A DNA stretch of 64,000 nucleotides from an uncultured Acidimicrobiales bacterium (GTDB taxonomy: Bacteria > Actinomycetota > Acidimicrobiia > Acidimicrobiales > UBA8190): positions 59,198 to 123,197 of the forward strand of contig CAVUBP010000001.1 in NCBI GenBank assembly GCA_963739765.1. The letters run 5' to 3'. The notes under the pieces were generated by a model. That model was not told the origin of the DNA, ran no database searches, and was given only the letters and a program-made list of their open reading frames with translations. This document shows positions 33,009 to 44,876 of this stretch, in pieces; position 1 is the stretch's first letter, and each line of letters starts with the position of its first letter. The translations under genes and the position numbers were made by a program.

Positions 33009-33031
33009 GCACCGCGCCCTGAGCCCAGGGC

Positions 33032-33079
33032 GCACGAGCACCGACGGGAACGAGCACCGGCGGGCACGAGCGCCGACGG
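33032..33079. repeat. Imperfect 16-bp tandem repeat x3 in the ctaF / mannosyltransferase intergenic region
   Basis: The units are GCACGAGCACCGACGG (33032-33047), GAACGAGCACCGGCGG (33048-33063) and GCACGAGCGCCGACGG (33064-33079). Confidence 0.8.
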
Positions 33080-33118
33080 GGACGCCGAGAACGCGCCGAC
33101 AGGCCGAAGAACCCGGGC

Positions 33119-33156
33119 AGGCTCGGCACCGGGCCGCAAAACCCGGTGCCGAGCCT
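33119..33156. terminator. Perfect 15-bp stem / 8-nt loop hairpin between convergent genes (candidate bidirectional terminator, no U-tract)
   Basis: AGGCTCGGCACCGGG (33119-33133), loop CCGCAAAA, then CCCGGTGCCGAGCCT (33142-33156). It lies between the ctaF stop (33008) and the stop of the - strand gene (33265). Confidence 0.5.
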
Positions 33157-33264
33157 GATCCCGCGGATCACGGGTGCGTCGCCCGGATCCTGACCCCCCT
33201 CGGGTAACCAGGTCAGCGTCCTCCCCGAGGATCAACCGGCATCCACCCTCTCCCCAACATCGGG

Positions 33265-34827
33265 TCAACTGTCCCCGTGGCGCGCAGGCCGCCCGGCGTG
33301 GCCCGGACCGAGCGGGGTCGGAACCGGCCCCGAGAGCCCCCGCCCGGCCGCCTCGACCACATGGGCGTCGCGGGCCCGGCGCAGGGCCCAGGCCGCTCCC
33401 CCCACCACCACGAGCAGCCCGACCACCGCCACCACGACGTCGGTGGTGGTGGCGCGCAGGTGGGAGGGGACGGTGGCGAAGCAGGCCACCGCCGAGAGCA
33501 CGAGCACGACGCGGCGCGACCAGGCGTCGCCGGCCAGCGCCAGGAACACGAGCCCCCACGTCTCATACCAGGGCCACACGATGGGCCCGAGGAAGACCAC
33601 CGCCAACAAGCTCCAGCCGAGCGCTCTCGGGGTCCCGTACCGGTCACTGCGGACCAGCAGGACGCACACGATCACCCCTGCGCCGAACAACGCCACCCCT
33701 CGGGTGACGTTGACCAGGGTGTGGGGGTGCCACCCCGCGCCGACCGCCTGCGAGAGGTGCGAGATCGCCAATCCCACGGCGGTGGCGGGATCGAGCCACG
33801 AGCTCACCCTTCCGGGGTCCGAAAGGTTGACGAGCCAGTCCCAGCCGAGCCCCGACAGCCGCGGACACCACCGCCATGACGGCCAGCGCCGAGCCGACGG
33901 ACCCGACGACGTGCTCGGCACGGCGACGCGGCGCCGCGTGGGGGCCGGCCCACTCCCACCCGATGAAGACCACCCCGAGGAGACACGGGACCTTGACCAG
34001 CGCGCCCAGGGCGCACAGGACGATCCCGAGCACCGGGTGGCCGAGCCGTGCGAGGGTCAGGCCGGCCACCAACAGGCCCAACATGATGGCGTCGTTGTGC
34101 ATCCCGCCGATCAACGAGAGCAAGACCAGGGGATTGAGCGCGGCCAGCGCGAACGCCGTCGTCGGATCGTGGCCATAGGACCGGGCCAGGACGGGCACAC
34201 ACGTCGCGATGAGCACCACGCCGAGCAGCGCCACGAGTCGATACCCCTCCAAGGTGGCGACGACACTGTTCGTGAGGTGGGCGTCGGCGCGGGCGATCTC
34301 GAAGAAGACCGGGCCGTAGGGCGCATGGACGTGTTGCCACAGAGGATCGGCCAACGTGGAGAAACGTCGACCTCCCGAGGGCCTGCAGCCCGTGGGTGTA
34401 GGGATTGATGCCTCGAGAGACGAGCTCGCCCTCGGCGCCGTAGGTGTAGGCATCGCGACTGAACAGCGGAGGAGCGACGAGCAGGGGCGACACCCAGAGC
34501 GCGAACACCCCGGTCAATCCGGCCAGCGCCCGACGGTCCTTCGGCCCGGGGAACGTCACGATGCAGTACCACGAGCAGAGCACCACGAGCATCCCCCCGT
34601 AGACCACGGCGATGCCCAGCAGCGGATGCGGCGCCGGTGACGAGCCGGGCCGAGGGAAGGCCGAAGAACCACGAGCCGGGAAGTTTCGAGGTGAAAGGCG
34701 AGTTGGGCTGCGCCACTCCGAGCACCACCAGCGCCATGCCCACGAAACCGGCCAGCGCGGCGCCGACGGTGCGGCGCGTCCCGGAGTGTCGAGCTACGCC
34801 ACGCGGGTCTGGGGTATCGCCCGGCAA
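33265..34827 (-). pseudogene. Polyprenol-phosphate-mannose-dependent mannosyltransferase (GT-C, MptB/DUF2029-like); at least 3 frameshifts
   Basis: TTG 34827 (uncertain). Blocks are FSRDAYTYGAEGELVSRGINPYTHG, ADPLWQHVHAPYGPVFFEIA, LNPLVLLSLIGGMHNDAIMLGLLVAGL, and the C-part ORF 33265-33921 with GPIVWPWYETWGLVFLAL. Confidence 0.65.
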
Positions 34828-34847
34828 TGGCGTCGCCGGCGGCGGCG

Positions 34848-36078
34848 CTAGCTGCGCACGGTGCTCGGAGGCTGCGACACCGTCGTTGCCGCGGTCTCGC
34901 GCACGTCCCGGAGACGCCGGCGCGCCGCGGCGGTCGGCGTCGGGCCGCAGCGGGGGCAAGACGGAAACCGGTGTACATCACCCGCCGCTCGCGCTCGACC
35001 GGCGGCTGGGCCATGTGCATCGTGCAGCTGAGATGCACCGTGACGTCGCCGGTCCGGGTGGGCAGGTCGACGACGGGGAGGGCATTGTCGCGGCGCAAGA
35101 AGGCGGGCCACATGAGAGCCCGGTGGCTCCCGGCCACCACCTTGAGCTGACCCGAGGTCTCGTCGGCCCCCGTGACCGAGATGCCGACGGTGAGCGAGCA
35201 GCACTCGTAGCTGTGGCGACCGAGAGAGCAGTCCTTGTGCCAGGGGACGTCGGAGATGCCCTCGACGACGCCGATCGGCTTGACCAGCGCCTCGAGGGCG
35301 TTGGAGTCCATCCCACCCCACTCGTGCCCGTCACCGGTGAGCGCCCCCAGGCGCGCCAGGCGCCCGTCGGCGACCAGTGCGGCTGCCGTCGGTGACATGG
35401 CGTCGAAGCCCTGCATGCGGACCAACCGGTCCGCACCGTCGTCGGTCCGGGCCCACCACGACCTTCCGTCTCCCTGGGCATAGGACGGCGCGGCGCGGTC
35501 CATGTCGGCGGAGACAGCCGCCATCTCGTCCTCGGTGAACACACCCGAGACGTGGAGGAACCCGGCCTGGCCGAGGAACGTGTCCATCTCCTCGTCGGGG
35601 TCGTCCCAACCGAAACAGCCGCGTGAGGTCCAACGGCACCCCCCCGGCGTCCTCGAAGGCCATGGTCTGCGCCACGTGCGGGGCGACCCCGTCGAGCGCG
35701 GCGCGCAGCACCAGCCACCAGTCGAGGAGGCGTTCGAGCCGGCCCTGCAGGGCGAGCGCCCCGCTCGAGAACCACCCCATGGGGGTGACCTGATCGGCGA
35801 CGAGATCCGCCAGCTGCGAGGCGTCGAGCCGCAATCGCAGAGCACCCTCGGCACCGCTCGCGCCCGGGACCACCACGATGCCCGAGGCGTCGGCCGCCAA
35901 CGTCCACGTCGCTCCGTCGACGTCGATCACCAGGGGCGGGAGCCGCAGCGAGGCTCGAGCCTCGACCAGCAGCGGGGCGGCGGCGTCCAGGGCCGCGGGC
36001 AGGTCGTCTTCGAAGAACCGGGCGGGATCGAACGACGCCTGCTCCCCGTCGACCCGCGTGCGCACGTCCACGCTCATG
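34848..36078 (-). pseudogene. Phytanoyl-CoA dioxygenase (PhyH) family protein with an SCP2-like N-terminal part; at least 3 frameshifts
   Basis: ATG 36078 opens MSVDVRTRVDGEQASFDPARFFEDDLP. Further blocks are FLHVSGVFTEDEMAAVSADMD, VPWHKDCSLGRHSYECCSLTVGISVTGADETSGQLKVVAGSHR and GDVTVHLSCTMHMAQPP. The 3' end is uncertain. Confidence 0.65.
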
Positions 36079-36153
36079 ACCGGCAACCGTAATGTGCCCG
36101 GGGCCGTCGATGTCGGGTCGGCAGCCGCCGGCCAGGGGCCGATGACGACTCGG

Positions 36154-36597
36154 TCAGCTCCTCGAGCGGTCGCCCAGGCCGGCACGCACCTGTCGTCGCC
36201 ACACGAAGCGCAGGCCCGACCAGTCCTCGCCCACCGCCGCCACCTTGACGTCCACCAGCCCGGTGGGAAGGACCGCGTCGCGCAGGAGACCCTCGGTCAC
36301 GTCGCTGTCGTGACCGGCGGCGCGCCGCGGCCACAGCAGCCACATGGCGTCCTCGGGGCCGAGGACGGCGCCGACCTGGCCGACGACCCGTTCGAGGTCG
36401 GCGGCACGCCGGACGAAGGCGATCACCACCTCGGCTCCCTTGCCCAACGAGCGCCGCACCCGGGCGCCCTCGGGCAGGTCGGGCACGGTCCAGCCCCGGG
36501 GGGCGCTCACCAGCGCCACGACGTCGCCCGGGCGGACCCCGAGCTTGCGGGCGAGCGGGGTCCCCGAGTAGCCGCCCGGGCTCACCGAGGGGCTCAC
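36154..36597 (-). CDS. DUF3052 domain protein
   Basis: GTG 36597 overlaps the GNAT stop (GTGA). The sequence reads GYSGTPLARKLGVRPGDVVALVSAPRGW..WLLWPRRAAGHDSDVTEGLLRDAVLPTGLVDVKVAAVGEDWSGLRF. The ORF is intact. Confidence 0.7.
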   Translation of the reverse strand: MSPSVSPGGYSGTPLARKLGVRPGDVVALVSAPRGWTVPDLPEGARVRRSLGKGAEVVIAFVRRAADLERVVGQVGAVLGPEDAMWLLWPRRAAGHDSDVTEGLLRDAVLPTGLVDVKVAAVGEDWSGLRFVWRRQVRAGLGDRSRS

Positions 36598-37083
36598 GAC
36601 TGCGGAGCCGGGTCCCAGGGGCGCCGGCGCAGGGCGAGCGCGGTGCCGCCCTCCCAGAAGCCCTCCGAGCGGTAGAGCCGCTCCCCGTCTGTCGACGCGT
36701 GCAGCTCCACGTTGTCGACGCCGTTGGACTCGAACCAGTCGAGCAGGGCCCGCAGCACGGCCCGGCCGAGCCCGCGTCGGCGGAAGCCCGGCTCGGTGGA
36801 CATCCACTGGACATATCCCACCCGGGCGCTGGCGTGCGCGGGGCTCGGGAGCCGCTCCGAGATCGCTCCTGCCCCGCACGCCACCAGGCGGCGCGGTGCC
36901 CCGGGGTCCTCGGCCACGACCACCGTGAGGTCGTCTCCGAGGCGCGCCGTCACGGTCGCCCACCGCGGCGGACCGCCACCTCTCCCACGCGACCTCGTCG
37001 AACGCGAGGCCCAGCGACCGGTACATGAGCTCGGCCAACCGGACGACCTCGTCGGCGTCGTCGGGACGCGCCGAGCGGATCAA
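36594..37083 (-). pseudogene. GNAT-family N-acetyltransferase; one frameshift
   Basis: TTG 37083 opens (L)IRSARPDDADEVVRLAELMYRSLG. The C-part, ORF 36594-36953, reads VGYVQWMSTEPGFRRRGLGRAVLRALLDWFESNGVDNVELHASTDGERLYRSEGF. The shift is near 36950. Confidence 0.7.
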
Positions 37084-37091
37084 CCGAACGC

Positions 37092-38667
37092 TCAGCGGCG
37101 GGGAATGCGACGAACGCCCGGAGCCGGCCGCCTCGACCGGCTCGAGCTCACCGTCGAGCTCGATGCGCTCGGGCACCGGCGTGGGCGCGAGCTCCTCCTG
37201 GCCGTCGCCGGGCCGGGGAGCTGTGGACACGCTCTCGTACTCGCCCTCGGCGCTGCGGGTGATGACCACGGCCCGCTTGCGCCTCCCGATGCCCGGCACG
37301 CCCGACATCTCGCGGCACAGGTAGTAGGCGAAGATGCCTGCGGCGCTGGGCACGACGAACACCGCGAAGCGGAAGAACCACAGGACCTCGTTGAGCGAGA
37401 TCTTGAAGTAGTTGGCCAGCACGTCGGTCGAGCTCGCCGCGAAGAGCGTGAAGAAGAACGCCAGCGAGGCCACCCCGATGGCGGTGCGCTTCGGCCTGTC
37501 ACGGGGCCGGTCGAGGAGGTTGTGCTCGGCACGGTCACCGGTCACCTTGGCTTCGACGATGGGCCACACGTAGAAGAGGTTGAAGCAGATGCCGGGGAAC
37601 AGCACGGCCGGGAACAGGATCACGAACGGGATGGTGTGGCCCCACAACGTCCAGGAGATGGGCGGCATGATGCGCAGGGCGCCGTCGAGCCAGCCCATGT
37701 ACCAGTCGGGTTGCACGGCGTAGCTGATCTTGTACGGCTCGTACTGGCCGAACTGCCAGATCGGGTTGATCTGGGCCAGGCCCCCCAGCGCCCACAGCAC
37801 CCCCGTGGTCACGAAGAGGAAACCCGTCGTCTTGGCGATGAACGTGGGGTACATGGGCGAGCCCACCACGTTCTTCTCGGTGCGGCCGTGCCCGGGGAAC
37901 TGCGTGTGCTTCTGGCGCACGAGCAGGCCCAGGTGGGCCGCGAGCAGGCCCAGGATGATGAGCGGCACCACCAGGACGTGGATGATGAACAGCCGCGGGA
38001 TGATCGTGCCGTCGCCGGGGAAGTTCCCACCGAAGAGGAACGTGGCCAGGTACGAGCCCACGATCGGGATCGACAGCACGATCGAGAACATGATGCGCAG
38101 ACCGGTCCCCGACACGAGGTCGTCGGGCAGCGAGTACCCGATGAACCCGTTCGTCAGGGCCAGGATGAGCAGCGTGATCCCGATCATCCAGTTGAGCTCG
38201 CGCGGCTTGCGGAACGCGCCGGTGAAGAAGATCCGGCACATGTGCACGGCGATCGCACCCACGAACACGTCGGCGGCCCAGTGGTGCATCTGCCGGATGA
38301 CGAGCCCGCTGCGCACGTTGAACGACAGGTCCACCGTCGACAGGAACGCGGCGGACACCCTGGACCCGCGCAGCGGTGCGTAGGAGCCGTTGAGGGGATA
38401 GACGAGCTCCTTGGCCGAGGGGATGAAGTAGAGGCTCAGGAACACGCCCGTGGCGATCAGCACCACGAAGGAGTAGAGGGCGATCTCCCCGAGCAGGAAC
38501 GACCAGTGGTCGGGGAAGATCTTGTCGAGCAGGGTCCGCCCGCCCTTGGCCACGCCGAGGCGCTCGTCGAGCCAGCGCACGCCGGCGACGACGGGGTCCT
38601 TCTTGGGGCCCTTGGCGCCCCGCCGACCCCCGGCGCGGCGGCCGGACCGTGACGTGAGGGCGCTCAT
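37092..38667 (-). CDS. qcrB: Cytochrome bc1 complex cytochrome b subunit
   Basis: ATG 38667 overlaps the qcrA stop (ATGA). The body is intact: FPDHWSFLLGEIALYSF, RQMHHWAADVFVGAIAVHM, PRLFIIHVLVVPLIILGLLAAHL. As written there is no in-frame stop and the ORF runs on to 36154. Removing one G from GGGG 37100-37103 gives ..HSRR-TGA at 37092-37094. Confidence 0.85.
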
Positions 38668-39629
38668 GACCGCTCCCAGAAGCCGGGGCCGACCGGCTGG
38701 TCGTAGCCCGCCTGCGCCACCAGGAACCCGGCGCTGTCGATCGTGAGGGGCAGCTGCGGCAACGGCCGCGGTGCGGGGCCGAACACCGGGTTGGCGCCCG
38801 TCAGGACGTTGAACAGCGACTGGTGACACGGGCACAGCAACTTCTGCAGCGTCTCCTCGTACAGGCCCACCGGGCAGCCGGCGTGGGTGCAGAGCTTGGA
38901 GTACGCCAGGTACCCCTTGGGCCCCCAGGTCTCGCGCCCGGGCAGGGTGACGATGTCCGGTCGGTGGCGGCCCGGTCGGATCAGCATGGTCTGGCTCACC
39001 GAGGACCCCGCGAATCCCTCGGGGAAGACCGTGAGCGACCCACCCACCTCGAGGTCGGCCTGGTGGATGCGCTTGCCGTCGAGGTCGACGACGATGCGAG
39101 CCGGTGCGCCAGTCGGTGGTGTCGAAGGTCTTCTTGGGCTGAGGGCCCGAGCGAGCGCAGCAGGGGGAAGGCGAGCACGACGCCCATCACCCCGGCCCCG
39201 GCACCGAGGATGGTGCCGAGGAAGCCGCGCCGGCGGAACACCATCTTGCCCCGGTCCTCGATGGCCGCCGCCATGGCCTCGATCTCGGGCTCGGTCGACC
39301 TCAGGTCGTGGCGCTCCTCGACGAACGGGCCCTGGGGCAGGAGGTACTTGCCCCACGCCGAGAGGCCGAAACCGAAGGCGAAGAACCCGACCCCGCCGAA
39401 CACCGCCTCCCACTGGGTCTGGCCGCCGACCCAGTACAAGCCCCGTAGGCGCAGAACCCGGCCAGGCCGAGCAGGAGGATCACGCCGATGAGCATCTCGG
39501 CCCGCCGCGGGTTCTTGGCGTAGGGCTGGAGATGGGGATCGTCGAACTTCGTCAGTGGCACGCCGGCCTGCGCGCCATTGCCCGACGTGATGTCTGTGTC
39601 TTCGCTCGATCTGCGGTGCTGTCGCTCAC
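38664..39629 (-). pseudogene. qcrA: Cytochrome bc1 complex Rieske iron-sulfur subunit; three frameshifts
   Basis: GTG 39629 overlaps the qcrC stop (GTGA). Blocks are FDDPHLQPYAKNPRRAEML, TM segments, and the Rieske ligands CTHAGCPV and CPCHQSLF. Shifts lie near 39590, 39420 and 39110. Confidence 0.85.
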
Positions 39630-40481
39630 TTGCGGTCCCCGAGCCAGAACGCCACCAGCATGATGCCGCCGACGCCGAAGAGGAGCCCGATGAAGCCCTC
39701 GGCCACGGGCCCGATGCCGCCGAGGCCGAGGCCGCCTTGGTTGGTGGGGTGCTGGATGGAGGTCGTGACGTACTTGACGATGTCGGCCACCTGCTGGTTC
39801 GAGAGGTTGCCCGGCCCGAAGTGCGGCATCTGCGTCGGGCCGGTGCGGATGGCCTCGACGATCTGGCGCGGATAGATCTTGTGCAGCGACGGGGCGTAGA
39901 ACCCGTTGGAGAGCGCGTCACCGGCCCCCGTGATGGTGTGGCACCCCGCGCAATTGAGCACGAACAGCGAGTTGCCCTCGGCCAGGTCGCCGGCCGAAAG
40001 GTCGACCTTGGGGATGCCTGCGGGGTAGTCGGGCGCGGCCGGCGCCAGGGAGTTCACGAACGCCACGATCTGCAGTGTCTCGGTCGCGGCTGAAGCGCGC
40101 CGGCTTCTGGACGGGCTGCGCGGTCGCCACCGCCAGGGGCATGCGCCCCGTCGACACCCAGAAGTCGACCGTGGCGGGCCCGAGGCCCTGGAGGTTCGGG
40201 GCCCGGTCGGTGCCCGAGGCATCCGCGCCGTGGCAGCTCGAGCAGTTCAGCTCGAACAGACGTCTGCCCCGGCGCGATGTACGAGCTCGGGCGGCAGGTG
40301 GTACGTGATGACGCCGCTCGTCGCGCTCGTGGCCGACTTCAGGGCCACGTCGGCGGCGTGTTTGGCCGGTGGCGGCGTCGCCTGGGAGGGCGAGGCCCCC
40401 GCCGTCGAACAGTCCCACCACCGCCACCCCGGCCACCAGCAGTCCCGGCAACAGGTAGCGCACACGGAGCTTCTTACGCAT
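39626..40481 (-). pseudogene. qcrC: Cytochrome bc1 complex dihaem cytochrome c subunit; three frameshifts
   Basis: ATG 40481 opens MRKKLRVRYLLPGLLVAG. There are two haem-c motifs, CSSCHG and CAGCHT, and a C-terminal anchor LLFGVGGIMLVAFWL. Shifts lie near 40400, 40265 and 40085. Confidence 0.85.
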
Positions 40482-40501
40482 GTCCTCGCAGTCCCGGGAG
40501 C

Positions 40502-41117
40502 TCAACCGGTCTTCAACAGGAACAGGCAGCTGAAGATGCCGATCCACATGAAGTCGACGAAGTGCCAGTAGTAGCCGACGGCCTGGAAGACGTTGGTCTC
40601 GCCGGGGTCGCCGCCCTTGCCACCCATGCGGCCCAGGAGGAAGATCATGGCCACCAGACCCGAGCGCCACGTGTAGCCCGTGGATGCCGGTCATGACGAA
40701 GAACAGCGACCAGTAGGCGTTGAGCGCCGGCCCGTGGTGCGAGCCCGCGAAGTCGTGCCATTCGTAGAGGGTGTTGCCGAGGAACGCCGCGCCCAGGAGG
40801 AAGCTGATCACGATCCAGTTCACGGCTTTGCGCCGCTCGCCCCGCTCCTGGGCCCACACACCGAACTGGAACGTCGGGCTCGACACGAGGAGCACGACGC
40901 TGAAGATCCCGGCCTGGACGTAGTCGAGATGGGCACCCGCGAGCGGCGGCCACGTGGCGGCGTGGGCGCGGATGGTGAAGTACGCGGCGAAGAGGCCGCT
41001 GAAGAACATGAGCTCCGAGCCCAGCCAGATCATGACCCCGACGGCGAGCAACGGGGGTCGGTCAGCGACGTGGCGTGGGGCGCGCGCCCGGTGCTCCACC
41101 GACAAGGCCTGCGTCAC
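40502..41117 (-). pseudogene. ctaE: Cytochrome c oxidase subunit III; one frameshift
   Basis: GTG 41117. Blocks are VGVMIWLGSELMFFSGLFAAYF and FFVMTGIHGLHV, then, after a shift near 40675, VGYYWHFVDFMWIGIFSCLFLL. Stop is TGA 40502-40504. Confidence 0.85.
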
Positions 41118-41127
41118 GGGGTCTTTC

Positions 41128-43632
41128 CTAGTTGACGGCGACCCTTCCGCGCCAACACCGTGGGCACGCGCCCACCCGACCGACCCGCCCCGGTGGAACC
41201 CGACTCGGGCGGGCGCGCGTGCGCCGCGCCGGCGGCGTCGCGATCAGGCCCGGAGGGCGCCCGGGAGGGGCCTCGGTGTGGATGACCGTCAGCCGGCGGG
41301 TCGGACGGGTGAGGGCGACGTACAGCGCGCGCAGGCCCTGGGGAGACTCGTCCACGATGGCGGCCGGCTCGACCACGACGACGGCGTCGAACTCGAGGCC
41401 GTTGGCCAGGTCGACGGGCAGGAGGCTCAGCGGCGCTCCGAGGCCGTCGCGCCGGGGGTCGCTGGCCTCGACACCGGCCGCGTCGAGCGCCACGGCCAGG
41501 TCGGCCACGAGCGACGCCGGGGCCAGGACCGCGGCGGTCCCGGGCGCGACGTCGCGACAGGCCTGGGTGGACAGCGCCGCCACCCGCTCGGCCAGACCGT
41601 CGCATCTCGACCTGCTCGAAGTGCGGGGCCACCCCGGTCCGGCGCACCGGCGTGGGGGGCCGAAGGCCCGGTGCGGTCTCGGCCAGCACCCGGGCGGCCA
41701 CCTCCACCACCTCGGCGGGCGTCCGGTAGCTCACCGTGAGCTCGACCAGGCGGGGCGCCCGCTGGCCCGGGAGGTGGGCGGTGACCTCGTCCCAGCCGGC
41801 GGGGGCCCAGGGCCCGGTGGCCTGGCCGATGTCGCCCACCATGGTGATCGATCCCGACAGCGACCGGCGCGCCACCGAGCGCAGCTGCATCGGGGAGAGG
41901 TCCTGGGCCTCGTCGACCACGATGTGGCCGTAGGTACGGGGCTCGTCGTGCTCACCCCCACCCCCGGCACGGGGTCGACGGGGGCCGAGCAGGACGCGTG
42001 CCTCGTCGATCAGGGCGAGATCGGCGACCGTCCAGGGGATCTCGGCCAACGTGGCGCTGCGGGGCCGCAGGAGCAGGTGCTGCTCGGCCGGCGCTGAGCA
42101 CGCCCTTGGCCGCCAGGGCCAGGAGAGGCCGGGACCCGAACAGGTCGTGGAGCAGCTCCTCGGCGCTCAGCCGGGGCCACATCCGGTCGAGGGCGTCGGC
42201 CACCTCGGGCAGGCGCCGGACCTGGCGGGAGAATTCTCCCAGGTCGAAGCCGCTTTCCTCGTCGACCGTCGTCCCCGGCCGGCGCCCCGTTGGTCGGCCC
42301 GTCTTGGCGGGCGACGTGGCCGTGGCCGTTGTCCCGCCGGGCCGTCGGCGGGCACGCCGGGATCGGCCCGAGCGCCGGGGTCGAAGGCGGCCAGGTCCGG
42401 GTCCGGGGCACCCCGGGGCGCGAGCCCGTGAATGCTCAGCGCCCGCAGGTACTCGTCGGCCAGCCTGCGCACCACGAGCTGCTCCAGGAACCGGCGTCGG
42501 GCGTTGTGGGAACCGGGACGCCGCCGGGCCGCCGACACGATGCCGGCCGACGCCTCGGCCGTGAGGCGCAGGATCGTGGCCCCGAAGGGCACCTCGGCGT
42601 CGCGCCGCAGGGGGCGCTGCCGGCTGCGCACGGCCCGGCCCACGACGATCGACATCCGGGCCTCACCCTTGAGGCGGGCGACGCCCGAGCCGTCCTCCGC
42701 CTTGACCTGCACGCCGTGGACGAGCCCCTCGATGGTGGACAGGGTGACCCCGCTCTCGCCCAGCGAGGGCAGCACGTGCTCGATGTAGCGCAGGAACAGG
42801 GGGTTGGGCCCGATCACGAGCACCCCTTGGCGCTCCAGCGGGAAACGGTGCGTATAGAGAAGGTATGCCGCCCGGTGCAGCGCCACCGCCGTCTTGCCGG
42901 TGCCGGGACCGCCTTGGACGACCATGACGCCCGGGAGCGCGGAGCGGATGATCTCGTCCTGCTCCCGTTGGATGGTGGCGACGATGTCGCGCATGGCCCC
43001 GGTCCGGGCCCCCTCGAGGGCGGCCAGGAGGGCGCCGGGGCCCCCGAGCTCGAGCTCGCCGTCCCCGCCGTCGCCCGACGCCTGGTCGTCCCAGCCCGCC
43101 GCGTTCGTCCCGGTCCGGGGTCTCGGTGGTGGCCGCGCCGAGTGCGCCGAGCCGTTCATCGCCGGGGAGGAGCCGAACCGCTCGTCCTCGACCCCCACGA
43201 TCCGCCGGCCCTGGGCGGCCAGATGGCGGCGCAGCACCAGGCCCATGGGCTCGCGGCCCGTGGCCCGGTAGAAGGGCTCGGCCACCGGTGCCCGCCAGTC
43301 CACCACCAGGGGCTCGAGGTCCTCGCCCGAGATCCCCAGGCGGCCGATGTGGAAGCTCTCGGTGCCCGGGCCCCCGGCGCCCGGTCACCGTCCTCGCGCC
43401 GGTCGATCCGGCCGAAGCACAGCGCCTGCTCGCCGATGTCGAGCTGGTCGAGGCGGGCGAGGCTCGTGCGGACGATGACGTCGCGCTCCTCGCGGAATTG
43501 GTGCGTGCCCCCGCGACCCTGGTCGATCACGGAGCGGATGAGCTCCTCGGTGTCCGATCGCAACTGGTCGAGGCGCTCGTAGGCCCGGTCCACATGGGCC
43601 TGTTCCGCCTCGAGCTCAGGATGCGTTGCCAC
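41128..43632 (-). pseudogene. helD: HelD-type (UvrD-like) helicase / RNA polymerase recycling ATPase; at least 6 frameshifts
   Basis: GTG 43632 opens VATHPELEAEQAHVDRAYERLDQLR. Further blocks are WRAPVAEPFY, the Walker A VQGGPGTGKTAVALHRAAYL, HIVVDEAQDLSPMQ and ALYVALTRPTRRLTVIH. The stop is at 41128 as written, or about 41244 after one more shift. Confidence 0.75.
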
Positions 43633-43804
43633 AGCCGCTCCCTCTCCACCCCGGTGCGCAGTGAACCATCGATCATATCGCCCGGGCATGGCCTACTCGC
43701 CTGGCCACCACAGGGCTTTTCGTCGCCACGCGACGAGGACTGAAGCAGGACCGCCGCTCGAGCAGGAGGTTTGTGGCCAGGCGCCGTCAAGTAGCGTCGC
43801 TGCC

Positions 43805-44876
43805 GTGCCAGTGGCCGACTCGGCGTTCGTGCGAGCCTGCCGGTGCCAGCCGGTGGACAGGGTCCCGGTGTGGTTCATGCGCCAGGCGGGACGCTCGCTG
43901 CCCGAGTACCGGGCGGCGCGCGGCGAGGGAAGCGTCCTCGACGCCATCCGCCAACCCGAGCTCGCCGCCGAGCTGACCCTGCAACCCGTGCGCCGCTACG
44001 GCGTCGACGCCGCCATCCTCTTCAGCGACATCGTGGTGCCGGTCGCCGCGGTGGGGTTCGGCGTCGAGGTCGAGCAGGGTCGGGGCCCGGTGGTCGACCG
44101 GCCGTTCCGGAGTGCCGAGGACCTGGCCCGGCTCCGCCCGCTCGAGCCCGAGGCCGACACCGGCTACGTCCTCGAGGCCGTCCGCCTGGTCACGCGAGAG
44201 CTCGACCCGCTCGGCATCCCGCTCATCGGCTTCGCCGGGGCGCCGTTCACGGTGGCCAGCTACCTGGTCGAGGGCGGGCCCGTCTCGCGTCTACGCCCAC
44301 ACCAAGGCGCTCATGCGGGGGGAACCCGGCGCTGTTCGCCCGGCTGCTCGACGCCCTGGCCGACATGGCGTTGGCGTCGCTGCGGGCCCAGGTCGCAGGC
44401 GGGAGCGTCGGCCGTCCAGCTCTTCGACAGCTGGGTGGGGGCTCTGTCACCGGCCGACTACGACCGGCACGTGCTGCCCGGCCACCCGCAAGGTCTTCGA
44501 GGGGTTGGCCGACCTCGGGCGTGCCTCGCATCCACTTCGGCGTGGGGACCGGCGAGCTCCTGGCCCTGATGGCGGGCGCGGGCGCCGAGGTCGTCGGCGT
44601 CGACTGGCGGGTGCCGCTCGACGAGGCCCGGCGTCGCGTGGGCCCGGGGTACGCGCTCCAGGGGAACCTGGACCCCACCACCTGCCTGGCGCCGTGGGAG
44701 GTGGTCGAGGCCCAGACCCGCGACGTGCTCGAGCGCGGTGGTGGGACGGGTCACGTCTTCAACCTGGGCCACGGCGTGCTGCCCGAGACCGATCCCGACG
44801 TGCTGGCCCGCGATCGTGGAGCTCGTCCACGAGATCGTCCCCCGCCGATGCATCGACACCGCGGGCCGCGCCGTGA
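43805..44876 (+). pseudogene. hemE: Uroporphyrinogen decarboxylase; at least 4 frameshifts
   Basis: GTG 43805. Blocks are [45 protein letters not shown] and [15 protein letters not shown]. One shift lies at CCCCC 44839-44843. The inferred stop TGA 44874-44876 overlaps the hemH GTG. Confidence 0.85.

Noticed and set aside
36154-38835. An 893-aa QcrB-GNAT-DUF3052 apparent tri-domain fusion protein.
   Set aside because: It contains three separately recognisable genes with their own starts (TTG 37083, GTG 36597). The missing qcrB stop is restored by removing one base from a GGGG run. The middle of the ORF is out of frame relative to the GNAT C-half.
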